From Bugula neritina (taxonomy: Eukaryota; Animalia; Bryozoa), in NCBI GenBank assembly GCA_964035545.1, contig OZ037765.1, forward strand, positions 33,603,504-33,667,503: 64,000 nt of DNA. The letters are read 5' to 3'. Position 1 is the stretch's first letter. Each line of letters starts with the position of its first letter. A program made the position numbers and the translations under genes. Of the stretch, positions 1-10,563 are shown in pieces. Below the pieces are notes generated by a model. The model had not been told where the DNA came from and did no database searches. It was given only the letters and a program-made list of their open reading frames with translations.

Positions 1-309
1 AAAGATTCCGTCTATGTCAGGTCCAGCTCCGTACGGCTTAGCTTTGCCCGTCAGCGCCATCCTGAGCTTTAGCAACGCCACCCTTGGCGGCCATTCTGCA
101 ATCTCCATTACATCCTGGAATTCTTGGATGAACTGCTCCACTGCTTCTTCGCCAGTGAAGTTGGGCGCCTTCAGCCGATATCTATCTTCACCATGCTCTC
201 TAAGAATTCTCACTTCTTCATCTAACACCACTGGTTCCACAGGTATATCAACATTATCTCTCTCACCTTCATTCAGTGGAATGGGTAGCTCCGTGCCGTC
301 TTCTGCCAT
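1..309 (-). CDS. gag: Gag N-terminus (partial) of the minus-strand Gypsy element; not in the ORF track
   Basis: Hand translation MAEDGTELPIP...DRYRLKAPNFTGEEAVEQFIQEFQDVMEIAEWPPRVALLKLRMALTGKAKPYGAGPDIDGIF aligns with Gag 3406-4506 (DRFRLKGPVFDGEGNVEQFLQEF...LTGRAKPYAVGP). Confidence 0.85.
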   Translation of the reverse strand, partial: MAEDGTELPIPLNEGERDNVDIPVEPVVLDEEVRILREHGEDRYRLKAPNFTGEEAVEQFIQEFQDVMEIAEWPPRVALLKLRMALTGKAKPYGAGPDIDGIF

Positions 310-344
310 GACTGCTATACGCAAGATCCCACTGCTGCCACCAC

Positions 345-696
345 TGTAGTAATTTGTGCAATTACTGAGCGTGAGTTATTTACTTGCGTATAGTTAGCTG
401 GTTATTCTGTTATCAATTACTAAGGTAGCTGTCGAGTAATTATATTTATTATCCACAATAAAGCATAAACCAAACATCACATCAAATTATCCTATACAAG
501 AGTCAACTACTAACACATGTTACTACTACAAGCCTCCGCTTACAACAACGTGATATAATGTTAATAACCCGGGAAGTGTCATGTGAATCGGAAGCATATC
601 TTCCGGAGCTGCTAATTGGTTGCTACATAAGAGTCTAAGTATTCCAAGAGTAGGGAGAGGGCGATTCCTGTATTTGTACTTGCACTACTCACTACA
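345..696 (-). repeat. 5' LTR (~352 bp) of the minus-strand Gypsy element
   Basis: TG...CA termini with 6-bp inverted ends, adjacent to the PBS. The partner LTR is outside the window, so the outer boundary is inferred. Confidence 0.7.
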
Positions 697-2619
697 GTAC
701 TAACTGTGGTGTATGAGCATGTTAATTCAAATTGAAAATGTTGGAAATTACTTTTGCATGTATTGAGAAAACTGGTATTTGTATTTTAGATGAAGTGGGC
801 TACTAGATGATCAGGTTTTGCCAAAGAAATACTAGAATGTCTACTCAGGACATCCTTTCTATAATGTCAGCTGCAGCGTTTATAGGATGTTTAGATTCTC
901 TACTCCACTCTACTCTTTTTCTATATTCAAAAAGGATAATACTCTACAATTGTCACCTATATCTCAAGACTCTACCTGCCAAGATAGGACTTTTATCAAC
1001 GGATATAAAGCTATAAAAATTAAACTTAAAATAATCGATAGGACTAATCACCCTAGCAATGTGTCCTTTGGTTAGACTTTTGCAGCTTGATTTTTTATAG
1101 ATTCTGCTTCTTTACAAAGTCAGTCTTGCCATTATTCATTATTTGATGTTTGAGAAAAATAATTCGGAAACTAACCTATTATTTCCCCATGTTTTTAATA
1201 TACTTATAGGATGTATTTATATAAAAAGGCCTGACTTGCTCCTTCACAATAGTTAACAGCTGTTATACCTTCTGCATGTTCAGTTTATTTATAGAACTTG
1301 TTACTTCTATGCCTCATCATATGTATATAGAATAATTATGTTATGCTTTCAGATCCACACTGATCTTTATTTGTGATCTTTAGTAATGGCTATCTGGTGT
1401 TTAACTAAATATAAATCTGGTTGATTTGTTACATATGCCTAAATTCTTGAGTCAATTCTTGTTATGAAATGTTATATCTGCAGTATCAAAATATAGCAGA
1501 TAGGCTAATGCATTGCTAATATTTGAGCTGATTAAATGACACCTATATCAGACTGAAAAAAAAAGAATCCACAATGGACATCTTTTATTTTATCTTAAGG
1601 AGGCTTTCTTTTCAAAATCTCAATACTTGCCTAGCCAAGATTAAAACTTTTCATCTTGAATGTTTTACTCAGGCAAGCATAGCGTCAGTCAGTAAGTCTA
1701 ACTAGACACAGCTTTTTCTATTAGATGCTAAATTTAGAAACATACAATATAGTTGATAATCTTGGTTCTGAGTTGGTATACGAGTCCTTGATATCACGCT
1801 TGAGTGAACACTGCGTTAGCGGTTGCCAGCAGTACACAGTAGCCCAGTGTTGAGCAACTAGATATAGCTCATAGTCAATTTGTACATTCAGCTAGAAACC
1901 ATGTAGGCTTGATTGGACTCTTCAGAGTTTAGACTGTATACAACAGGAAGCAAATATAGAATATTTATAGCACAGGCTCCTACCTTTTATATATAAGTTC
2001 CAACTAACTTCAATGAGTGTTGATTATTGCTTATAGTACCAAAGGGACAACACAAGTACTATAGCTTTATTAGAAACTTACAGCAATCAAATCCTTTACC
2101 CAAACTCAAAGGAGCCGAACAAAATACTGCATATCTGCCCTTTACAGCTACCAATGAATTCTCACATGCATAACTATCTTACCTACGCAAGCCTCTTTAC
2201 TATGCTTATAAGCTATTGGGCCGTCTGTTATAACTGATAGTATAAGAGTCAGCACTAAGAAGTCAATTTTAGCTTTTAGTTGGTGCAACTAAAAATGATT
2301 TTAATAATAAAGGTATTATTGGTTTAAGGTTAGTCAATAGTATTGAACAGATCAATAGTCTAGCCTGAAAATAATATGTTTTGAGAAAAGAGCATCTCTC
2401 TAAACTATTTGTTGCATCTGCATTCTCAGTTATTTAAATAATATCTGCATTATCATTTGAAAAGTTATAGTCAATAATTATTTCATTAGACTAGCCAAGT
2501 AAATAAATATTGAGTAAAAGTATAAACATTTAGCTTGCTTCCAAAATCTGAAATAGTTTTACATTATACGCTGAACAGAAATTATGAAAATCATCCTCCT
2601 TTGTGCATCAAGTATATTG

Positions 2620-3336
2620 TGTGGTAAAATTGTGTATAGTAACTAATGCTTGTATTCCCCTTACTATTATTATCTTCATTCCCATGGAATGCGTGTTTTC
2701 TTAGATATACATCATTACTTAGCTATAGTATTGTAACAGCTAAGTGTTATGTTGGCAATGATAGGATTAGCTATTATTCCCAGCTACTTATTACTACTAA
2801 CGTGACTGGATTAGCTATTGTTTCTGACTGCTCACAGGAACACTTATATAATCAAGATAACCGGGATTTCCCTGCGAAGTTCGCTCGATTCGAGCGATTC
2901 CTTTATTCTAGCCCTGCGAATCCCCTGCGATTCGAGCGAATTCCCTCGAATTCGCTCAGAACATTCTGGTGGGAATGTTTCCCAATGTATAAAAGGAAGC
3001 CCTCAACACAGTAGAGTCAGTCTTCAGCCAGCAGCACAACAGGACACATCTCGGAGCTACCAAGCCAGGACAATAACACACGTAGTTAATTATCCTATAC
3101 TTTGTTTACCAGTTTACTAGTAAGTTTTCCATACATGTAAGGAGTTGTCCTCTCTAACTGCTATTTTTGGATTTATATATATTATGGAGTAAATAAAGGG
3201 GATTGTGAGTATTACATTTCTTATTTATTGTGCATAAATACCCTCTTACAAAGAGTCACTGTGTTCAATCAGCTAACAACCCACACCAATAATTGCATGC
3301 AGCGAATCATAACATTCTACGCATAAAATTATTACA
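2620..3336 (+). repeat. 5' LTR
   Basis: Near-identical to 10564-11280 (I see three substitutions). TATA-like TATAAAAGG ~2988; AATAAA ~3192; short CG-rich palindromes ~2875-2960. Confidence 0.95.
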
Positions 3337-3337
3337 C

Positions 3338-3355
3338 TGGTGGCAGCAGTGAGAT
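3338..3355 (+). promoter_or_regulatory. Primer binding site, probably tRNA-Leu type
   Basis: TGGTGGCAGCAGTGAGAT directly after the LTR, complementary to a tRNA 3' end ...TGCCACCA. The tRNA identity is from memory of Leu tRNA ends and has not been searched. Confidence 0.75.
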
Positions 3356-3405
3356 AATCGTCTGGTACAGACTAAGCTGATGCTCCCCCACGGGGAGAGA
3401 CAACA

Positions 3406-4506
3406 ATGGATCCATTGAGGCCAGCGCCAGAGCTCGGGCTCGATGATGAAGCAGCAGGAGGACGCTTCACCCTAGAGGCATTGATTCGGACTCTCTGGGA
3501 AGACAGGGCAGCTGCACAGGCTCCACCTGGTGACAGGTTCCGCCTTAAAGGGCCAGTCTTCGACGGTGAAGGAAATGTAGAACAATTCCTACAAGAATTC
3601 CGCGAGGTGGCCGTGGCCTCCCAGTGGCCGGCCCAGGTGGAATTACTGCAACTACGGTCCTGCCTGACAGGTCGAGCCAAACCCTATGCGGTAGGCCCGA
3701 ATAGAGACCACATCATTGAGGCTCTGCGCGGCCGCTTCGGATTTACCGTCCGGGACGCGAGAGCCCGCCTCCAAGGACTCCGACGAGACCCTAAGGTCTC
3801 ACTACAGGATCACGCCAACAAAGTGGAGCAGCTAGTCCAGGTAGCCTACGGTAACGTAGACCTGGAGTCACGCCAGGCCATCACCTGTGATATCTTCCTG
3901 CAATCGCTCAATAACCTGAGCCTGCAACGGTATCTCTTGGCAGCTGGGGTCGACACCATTGAGGCTGCTCTGGCCAGAGGAAAGGCGTACTACCAGATCG
4001 GCGGGAGTCAGGACTGTGACAGCAGTGCCCGACGAGTCGAGTCAGACTGGGGAGAGGCTGCCGAAGACACTCGGCCGAGGCCTCAAGTAGCGGCCGCCGC
4101 CACTACACCCCCAACCCCACCCGAACTCTCCATGGTATTGGAGGTGGTGGACAAACTGCAAGGAGAGATCGCAACATTGCGACGGGCCCAAACTACTGAC
4201 AGACCGGATCGGTCATATGGTAGTCAGCCCAACAAGGACGCTCAGTTAGAGCCTAGGGTAACAGCTACTGCACCTACCCCATCGACCTCAGCCGAAGTCT
4301 CCATGGTACTGGAGGTGGTGCGAGATCTACAGGCCGAAGTTAAGGCCCTGAGACGGGCCCAAACTACTAACCGGCCGAATCAGCCACGTAGTAGTCGCCC
4401 CGAAGGGTCTTCTCTCACGTGTTGGAAGTGTGGGACAACAGGTCATGTGCAACGAGACTGTCCCCGAGGACGCAGCGGTCTTTTAAACACCCAAGGCCTG
4501 CGGTAA
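3406..4506 (+). CDS. gag: Gag (capsid + CCHC zinc knuckle)
   Basis: 366-aa ORF after the PBS, with C-terminal CWKCGTTGHVQRDC knuckle. Confidence 0.93.
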   Translation: MDPLRPAPELGLDDEAAGGRFTLEALIRTLWEDRAAAQAPPGDRFRLKGPVFDGEGNVEQFLQEFREVAVASQWPAQVELLQLRSCLTGRAKPYAVGPNRDHIIEALRGRFGFTVRDARARLQGLRRDPKVSLQDHANKVEQLVQVAYGNVDLESRQAITCDIFLQSLNNLSLQRYLLAAGVDTIEAALARGKAYYQIGGSQDCDSSARRVESDWGEAAEDTRPRPQVAAAATTPPTPPELSMVLEVVDKLQGEIATLRRAQTTDRPDRSYGSQPNKDAQLEPRVTATAPTPSTSAEVSMVLEVVRDLQAEVKALRRAQTTNRPNQPRSSRPEGSSLTCWKCGTTGHVQRDCPRGRSGLLNTQGLR

Positions 4507-7500
4507 TCTCCGCCACCCGCAGGCCGATTCTCCATACTCACCCGAGGAGGGTTTACTCTGCACCCAGGGAGGCGCAGACGGAACCCCCCTCAGCCGAATG
4601 GCAAGCTCCCCGGAGAACTTGGAGGCCGAAAGGCCTGCCCGAACCTCCAGCTTGGCCACTCAACAACCGGTTCGCGGGGTTACCCGAGGAGGTTGTGGAG
4701 GAGGATACTGATTCCGACCGGGATTTCCCCCGACTGCCCTCCAAACCTCAGAAAACCCCCGTGGTCCCTAGGACGTGTAAGAGGCCTACCGTCCAGACCC
4801 AAGAAGTGTCTCCCCCAGAGACAGACTACTCGAAGCACACCCAACCATACGGAAGCAGCTATTTCCTGCCTGGCAAGATTGCGGGCAAAGCTGCCACCTT
4901 CCTGTTGGACACCGGGTGCACCACAAACCTTCTGAGTAGGCGTCTCTTCGACACTCTTGGCGCTCGGGAGCGGGAAAGCCTCAAGCCGTATAATGGTGAG
5001 CACGGTACGTTGGCGGACGGATCGAGCATACCGTTTTACGGCCTCATCTCACTACCCGGAAGAGTTCGGGATCTCGTAATCCGCGAGACCTTCATAGTGA
5101 GTCACCTGAAAGAAGATGCTATCCTTGGCATGCCCTTCCTTGAGGAGCACCAATGCCACATGGACTTCAACAAGTCAGCAATAGTGGTGGATGGCAAGGA
5201 ACTTACCTGCGTGGATAAGTTCGGCAGGCCTCTGGTAGGAGGCGTACAGGTGGTCCGGGACAGCCTGATTCCCGGGCGCTCTCAGGCTACACTCCGGTGC
5301 AGGGTCAACTGCAAGGAGATCTCTGAGCTAGGGGTTGTGGAGGGCATGCACGGAAAGGTACAGTTGGCAAACAGCCTGAATCGGCTAGACTGCCGTGGAG
5401 AGTTCCTGGTGCAGTGCATCAACCCCTACGCGGAGCCGGTGAAGTTATCGGCTGGTTCACTGGTGGGCAGGTATCACTCGGTTCAGGAGACTGATGTTGG
5501 GCCCACACTCGATGCGACGTCGGAGACACCGAGTCGCCCCCTGGAGTCTGGCATGGGACCAGTCCCAGAGCATGTGGCGGAACTATACAAGGGAGCCTGT
5601 GGTGGTTGTGGAAGTAACGTGGAGCGCCAACGGATGGCCCAGTTACTTCGAGAGTACCACGATGTATTCAGCCAAGGAGACGAGGACATGGGGTTGACTA
5701 ACGTAGTGCGGCACGAGATACCCCTAGTAACAGGGACTGCCCCCATACGACAACCCACTCGACGGCTGGGCCCGGAAAAGGAGAGGGAGGTTAGCCGGCA
5801 AGTCCAGGACTTGCTTGATCGGGACCTGATTGAGCCAGCCCACGGTGCGTGGAGCTCACCAGTCGTTCTGGTCAAAAAGAAGGATGGGAGCTGGAGATTC
5901 TGCGTTGATTACCGCAAGTTGAACAGCGTCACCATCCAGGATGCCTACCCTCTCCCCCGGATAGACGAGTCGCTAGATGCCCTCGCGGGAAGTAGATACT
6001 TCAGCACGCTGGACCTACTGAGTGGATACTGGCAAGTACCCCTCAGTCCTGATGCACAGGACAAGGCCGCGTTCATCACCCGCGATGGCCTCTGGAGATG
6101 GAAGGTGTTGCCATTCGGGCTGACATCCGCCCCGGCCACCTTTCAGCGGCTCATGGAGCAGGTCCTCAGTGGGTTACACTGGAAGACGCTGCTAGTCTAT
6201 CTGGACGACGTCATTGTTATCTCGCCAGTCTTTTCGACTCATGTCAGTCGTCTGCGCGAGGTCTTTGACCGTCTCCGGGCCGCCGGGCTAAAGCTTAAAC
6301 CCTCGAAATGTGCCCTCCTGCAGCAGGAAGTCAAATATCTCGGACATGTGGTCAGCCGGGACGGCGTTGCCACCGACCCCGAGAAAGTACGGGCCGTACA
6401 AGACTGGACTGTTCCCCAAGATATCCATGAACTAAGAGCGTTCCTAGGACTGGTGGGATATTACCGGCAGTATATCCCTGAATTCGCAGGTATGGCACAG
6501 CCATTAAATCGGCTAACCGCCAAAGGAGTCCGGTGGCGTTGGACTCAGGAAGAACAACAGGCTTTTGATCATCTCAAGGCCCGGCTAGTGGAGGCACCCA
6601 TCCTGGCTTACCCCGACCCGACCAAACAGTATATCTTGGATACAGACGCTAGCGACCACAGTATGGGGGCTGTGTTGTCCCAGGTACAAGGAGGTACCGA
6701 GGTAGTGGTGGCGTACTACAGCAAGGCCCTCTCCTCCGCCGAAAGAAACTACTGCACGACCAGGAAGGAACTCCTAGCAGTAGTTAAGGCGGTGAAGCAT
6801 TTCCGGCCATATCTATATGGTAGAACGTTCAGATTACGAACTGACCATACATCACTGATATGGCTGTGCAAACGGGCCGAACCCTCCAGCCAGGTTGCCA
6901 GGTGGCTCGAAATACTTGCAGAATTCTCATATCGGATTGAACATCGCGCCGGCCGGAAGCATGGAAATGCTGATGGTCTGAGCCGTCGTCCAGAGAGAGA
7001 CTGCAAGCAATGCCTCCATATAGAGAAGCGGGACGGGGGACCCGCTCGCTCGGAAGTCGAGACACAACTGAAGAAAACAGAAGCTTACAGGTGGGAACAA
7101 GGCCGACTGCAATCCGATGTCCATTCAGATGCTGTCCAGGCCCTTCGGGTCAACCCCACCTTAGCCAGAAATGTCCAGGACTTGTGCCGATTACAGGAAA
7201 CCCTGCCGGGGGTAGTGGGAGAGATATTCAGGGCCAAGAAGGAGGGGCGCCAGCCAAGTGAAGAGGAGCAGCGGCAGAAGGGCGTTGAATTCCAACAGTT
7301 CTGCCACCGCTGGGACTCCCTCAAATTCAACTCAGACGGATTGCTAACCATCTCCTTGGCAGCAGACAGGCAACACCAGGAACGGGAGCGGGTTGTGTGC
7401 CCACACCCCCTCCGGAGAGAGCTCATCTGGGAGACTCACAAGCAAGCCCATGCGGGGACCAGTAGAGTGATTCGGTGCCTACAGATGCGGTGGTACTGGC

Positions 7501-10346
7501 CAGGGATGACAAGGGATGTGAGGCTACAGATCCGGCAATGTGAAATCTGCCAGGCGAGTAAGCATGGCCGTTCTACCGAGACCACGGGACGGCGCAGGCT
7601 GTACGCCGGTCGCCCGTGGCAGACAGTGGCAGTCGACTTGGTGGGTCCCATGCCGACGTCCGCTCGTGGAAACAACTGGATTCTGGTACTAACGGATCAT
7701 TTTACTAGGTGGGCAGATGCCTTGGCAATCCCGGACGCCTCCGCCCCGACGGTAGCCCGCGCTTTAGATCAGCACGTTTTCTGCTATTTCGGGCTACCGG
7801 AGCAGATCCACACAGATCAAGGGGCACAGTTCCAATCACAGCTGATGAGGGACCTCTGTCGGGTATGGGGGGTCAACCAAAGTAGGACCACCCCCTACCA
7901 CCCCCAAGGAAATGGCGTAGTGGAACGCAACAACAGGATGTTGGGGGACGCCCTGAGGAGTCTACTACTAGGGAAAAGCCAAGAAGAATGGGACGCCGTG
8001 CTACCCCAGATCATGCGTGCATATCGCAGTACTCCCCACTCTAGCACCCAGGAGACACCCAATTTCCTAATGCTAGGCCGGGAAACGCGGGTCCCGGATC
8101 ATCTCACGTACCACGTCCCCCTCCCAGAGGGACCTGTCCACGAATACGTGAGAGAGCTGGTTGATAGGATGCGGACGGCCCATGAGGTCTTAAGGGAAAA
8201 ACAATGGCAAGTGCGAGGGGAAGACTCGGACGAGCCCCCACTCTACCAGGCTGGCGATTGGGTATGGATGATTAGTTACAGGAGGAAGCGCGGACAGTCG
8301 GCTAAATTACAGCCCAAGTTCGTGGGACCATACTGCATCATCGAAGTGCTACCCAATCACACGTACCGCGTAGAACGCTCCGGACAGATTTCCGTCCAAA
8401 GCGAGAAACGCTTAAAACCGTACTGGGCCAGCCCTGGGGCAGTAGGACAAGCACCACCACTCCTGGAGCCAGCACGACGACCCACCGGGGGAGGAAGAGC
8501 GCCCCCCACCCGAGAGTGGGAACTTCCCTATAACATACCGGAGAGAAACCCCGAAGCACAAGAACCACCCCCCACTGTGCAAGAGCCCCCCGAGCAACCA
8601 GCACCTCAGGCGCCCCCACCAGTGAGACCACCCCCCGCCATACCAGAGAGGTTAGACCCACCTACCCTGGAAGTAGGAGAGAGTAGAGCCACCAACCCTG
8701 GGGGACAGGCCACTTTGCCAGACACAGAAGGCCTAAGGCGTAGCCAGAGGACTCGAAGACCTCCTGGGTACTTAGGGGAATATTACTGTGGCCAGATAGG
8801 GAAAGGATACCCTATCTCGGAGGACGAAGGGCCCCCCTTGTATTACAACTATTCACCACCCAACCACACCACCAGGGAGGCTCGATATCGGCAGGGGATC
8901 ACTTCGATGTTCCTCACCCAGATCGGACAAAAACCCGATCCCGAAGTTGGAAAAACCCAGGCGAGGGACTCTCGCGATAAACCACGAACGCATACTTCGT
9001 TCATTCCAATCGCAGCAAGCACACACGCCACACGGAATTTAATCTCTCGCCATCTAACAAATATGGATATTACACCCACTCACCTGAATGTTGAAGAAGA
9101 GTCCAGCGCACACCCTGGTAAGTCCACTAGACTAGAATTACCTCCTATACCGGAGAATTGTCTAGGTGGTGATGACCGTAGGAACTCGAACTCTGATTCC
9201 CAGAGTAAGTTCGAGATGTGGAGGACTCACACTTGGAACTCTAGAGGGTCAGACTCAGAGTCACCCAACAGAGATTACCTACTTGACCAGGACATCCAGA
9301 GTATCACTCTACCCCCACCTCGGCAGCTCGCAGTATCGCGACGAGTGCCATATAAGGATATCACTAATAATAGAGTGAGTCAGCCATCACGAGTTGGAGA
9401 TATCGGTCAGACTCGACCAGCTCAACTCTCTATTTCTGTTGTAGACACCGACAAAGTCGTAGAGCCTGCCTCTACGACTCTCACCTCATTCGGAAGATCC
9501 TCCGAAATCGCGACACCCCAGGAACAAGTAATGGAGGGAGATACAGAGACCCCTGCCACTGTTGTCGATATTGGACTAGATGAAGGGGAGGAACAGTCTA
9601 TCCTGTCCTCATCTGAAACTACAGACCCCCCTCAAAGACTAGGAGGAGCTGGAGAGTTAGGATTACCACGCGTCTTCAGCACCCGGTCTCACTGGACCAG
9701 CACCAAGACGCGGATCCTGATAGCTGAGGCCTGCGGGGAGCCTAGCAACACCAAGTGCCCCACCTGTGGGCGGAGCTTTACCTCACACAGGCGACTACGG
9801 ATACACGTCCAACAACATTACGTTAACTCATTCTGTCCATGTGGGGAGTTTAGCTTTCAGCGTGACTACGTGCTCAAGCACCAACGTATCGGCCGCTGCC
9901 ACACGGGCAGAATTTTTGATGTAGATGCGGACAATTACCTAGAATTCAGGGACTTGATTCTCCCCTACATCAGCGATCCCAAGAAGAGGGAGCTGTTGTC
10001 CCAAGGGTTCCCGGCCTGTCGACCCACTAGTCAGACGCAACCGCCAGAAGACCCCCCAAGTTGTGAGTTGCCACCCACCCAGCCTCTCCGGGTAGTGGTA
10101 ACTCGAGCCGAAGCTACTACAGAAGGAGACCGCTGGACGCCACGAGAAACGGCCCGAACTAGAAGAGAACGGCGTAGACAGGGCGCACCGAGGCCGCGTA
10201 GTACCACTCCCTATACTACTAGGCACACACACCGTGGGCCACCGGAGAGTCTGGAGGATGTATATCGTGGCCTGGACAGGATCTCTGAGGAACTAGGACG
10301 CATACGACGCAGACTGCAGGACCTGGAGCAGCCCGCTCGACCCTAA
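4419..10346 (+). CDS. pol: Pol (protease, RT, RNase H, integrase) with long C-terminal extension; probably reached by -1 frameshift at ~4488
   Basis: LLDTGC (~4900), YLDD (6198), TDAS RNase H (~6640), HKQAH...CEIC zinc site, DDE core, KFVGPY (~8320), then ~520 aa including two C2H2-like fingers. Confidence 0.95.
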   Translation: MLEVWDNRSCATRLSPRTQRSFKHPRPAVISATRRPILHTHPRRVYSAPREAQTEPPSAEWQAPRRTWRPKGLPEPPAWPLNNRFAGLPEEVVEEDTDSDRDFPRLPSKPQKTPVVPRTCKRPTVQTQEVSPPETDYSKHTQPYGSSYFLPGKIAGKAATFLLDTGCTTNLLSRRLFDTLGARERESLKPYNGEHGTLADGSSIPFYGLISLPGRVRDLVIRETFIVSHLKEDAILGMPFLEEHQCHMDFNKSAIVVDGKELTCVDKFGRPLVGGVQVVRDSLIPGRSQATLRCRVNCKEISELGVVEGMHGKVQLANSLNRLDCRGEFLVQCINPYAEPVKLSAGSLVGRYHSVQETDVGPTLDATSETPSRPLESGMGPVPEHVAELYKGACGGCGSNVERQRMAQLLREYHDVFSQGDEDMGLTNVVRHEIPLVTGTAPIRQPTRRLGPEKEREVSRQVQDLLDRDLIEPAHGAWSSPVVLVKKKDGSWRFCVDYRKLNSVTIQDAYPLPRIDESLDALAGSRYFSTLDLLSGYWQVPLSPDAQDKAAFITRDGLWRWKVLPFGLTSAPATFQRLMEQVLSGLHWKTLLVYLDDVIVISPVFSTHVSRLREVFDRLRAAGLKLKPSKCALLQQEVKYLGHVVSRDGVATDPEKVRAVQDWTVPQDIHELRAFLGLVGYYRQYIPEFAGMAQPLNRLTAKGVRWRWTQEEQQAFDHLKARLVEAPILAYPDPTKQYILDTDASDHSMGAVLSQVQGGTEVVVAYYSKALSSAERNYCTTRKELLAVVKAVKHFRPYLYGRTFRLRTDHTSLIWLCKRAEPSSQVARWLEILAEFSYRIEHRAGRKHGNADGLSRRPERDCKQCLHIEKRDGGPARSEVETQLKKTEAYRWEQGRLQSDVHSDAVQALRVNPTLARNVQDLCRLQETLPGVVGEIFRAKKEGRQPSEEEQRQKGVEFQQFCHRWDSLKFNSDGLLTISLAADRQHQERERVVCPHPLRRELIWETHKQAHAGTSRVIRCLQMRWYWPGMTRDVRLQIRQCEICQASKHGRSTETTGRRRLYAGRPWQTVAVDLVGPMPTSARGNNWILVLTDHFTRWADALAIPDASAPTVARALDQHVFCYFGLPEQIHTDQGAQFQSQLMRDLCRVWGVNQSRTTPYHPQGNGVVERNNRMLGDALRSLLLGKSQEEWDAVLPQIMRAYRSTPHSSTQETPNFLMLGRETRVPDHLTYHVPLPEGPVHEYVRELVDRMRTAHEVLREKQWQVRGEDSDEPPLYQAGDWVWMISYRRKRGQSAKLQPKFVGPYCIIEVLPNHTYRVERSGQISVQSEKRLKPYWASPGAVGQAPPLLEPARRPTGGGRAPPTREWELPYNIPERNPEAQEPPPTVQEPPEQPAPQAPPPVRPPPAIPERLDPPTLEVGESRATNPGGQATLPDTEGLRRSQRTRRPPGYLGEYYCGQIGKGYPISEDEGPPLYYNYSPPNHTTREARYRQGITSMFLTQIGQKPDPEVGKTQARDSRDKPRTHTSFIPIAASTHATRNLISRHLTNMDITPTHLNVEEESSAHPGKSTRLELPPIPENCLGGDDRRNSNSDSQSKFEMWRTHTWNSRGSDSESPNRDYLLDQDIQSITLPPPRQLAVSRRVPYKDITNNRVSQPSRVGDIGQTRPAQLSISVVDTDKVVEPASTTLTSFGRSSEIATPQEQVMEGDTETPATVVDIGLDEGEEQSILSSSETTDPPQRLGGAGELGLPRVFSTRSHWTSTKTRILIAEACGEPSNTKCPTCGRSFTSHRRLRIHVQQHYVNSFCPCGEFSFQRDYVLKHQRIGRCHTGRIFDVDADNYLEFRDLILPYISDPKKRELLSQGFPACRPTSQTQPPEDPPSCELPPTQPLRVVVTRAEATTEGDRWTPRETARTRRERRRQGAPRPRSTTPYTTRHTHRGPPESLEDVYRGLDRISEELGRIRRRLQDLEQPARP
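4482..4525 (+). promoter_or_regulatory. Programmed -1 ribosomal frameshift signal
   Basis: T TTA AAC heptamer in gag frame (4482-4488), 6-nt spacer, then a perfect 9-bp stem GGCCTGCGG/CCGCAGGCC (4495-4503/4517-4525). pol is in the -1 frame relative to gag. Confidence 0.85.
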
Positions 10347-10563
10347 TGGTGGCACTTCTCTTTATGTAAATATATATTCTTGTGTGTATTAATTCATTAT
10401 CCCTTAGCATTTTCTATCTTATATATTTTTGTTTGTGTGACTAGATTAGCCATTCCAGAACTCCCTTACATGTATTTTCTTTTATTTTCTTCTTTTTTTT
10501 TATTATTATATTTTTTTTTTAATTATATCAGAAAGGGGTTGTACTTTCTGATGGAGGGGAGTG

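Larger units (their letters stand above)
1..696 (-). mobile_element. 5' end of a Ty3/Gypsy LTR retrotransposon (LTR + PBS + start of gag), running off the left edge
   Basis: LTR 345-696 bounded by TGTAGT...ACTACA. PBS TGGTGGCAGCAGTGGGAT (minus, 343-326) lies 1 nt inside the LTR. A gag-like frame starts at ATG 309. Confidence 0.85.

Noticed and set aside
14-349. Plus-strand 111-aa ORF
   Set aside because: Antisense shadow of the minus-strand gag.
700-2615. Possible decayed LINE in the AT-rich spacer between the Gypsy elements
   Set aside because: Only vague peptide resemblances; no convincing RT or endonuclease motif.
2646-3120. 122-aa and 100-aa ORFs (repeated at 10590-11064)
   Set aside because: They lie inside the LTRs; their duplication reflects LTR identity, and they have no recognisable motifs.
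4553-10410. Short antisense and alternate-frame ORFs within pol
   Set aside because: Expected in GC-rich coding DNA; no motifs.
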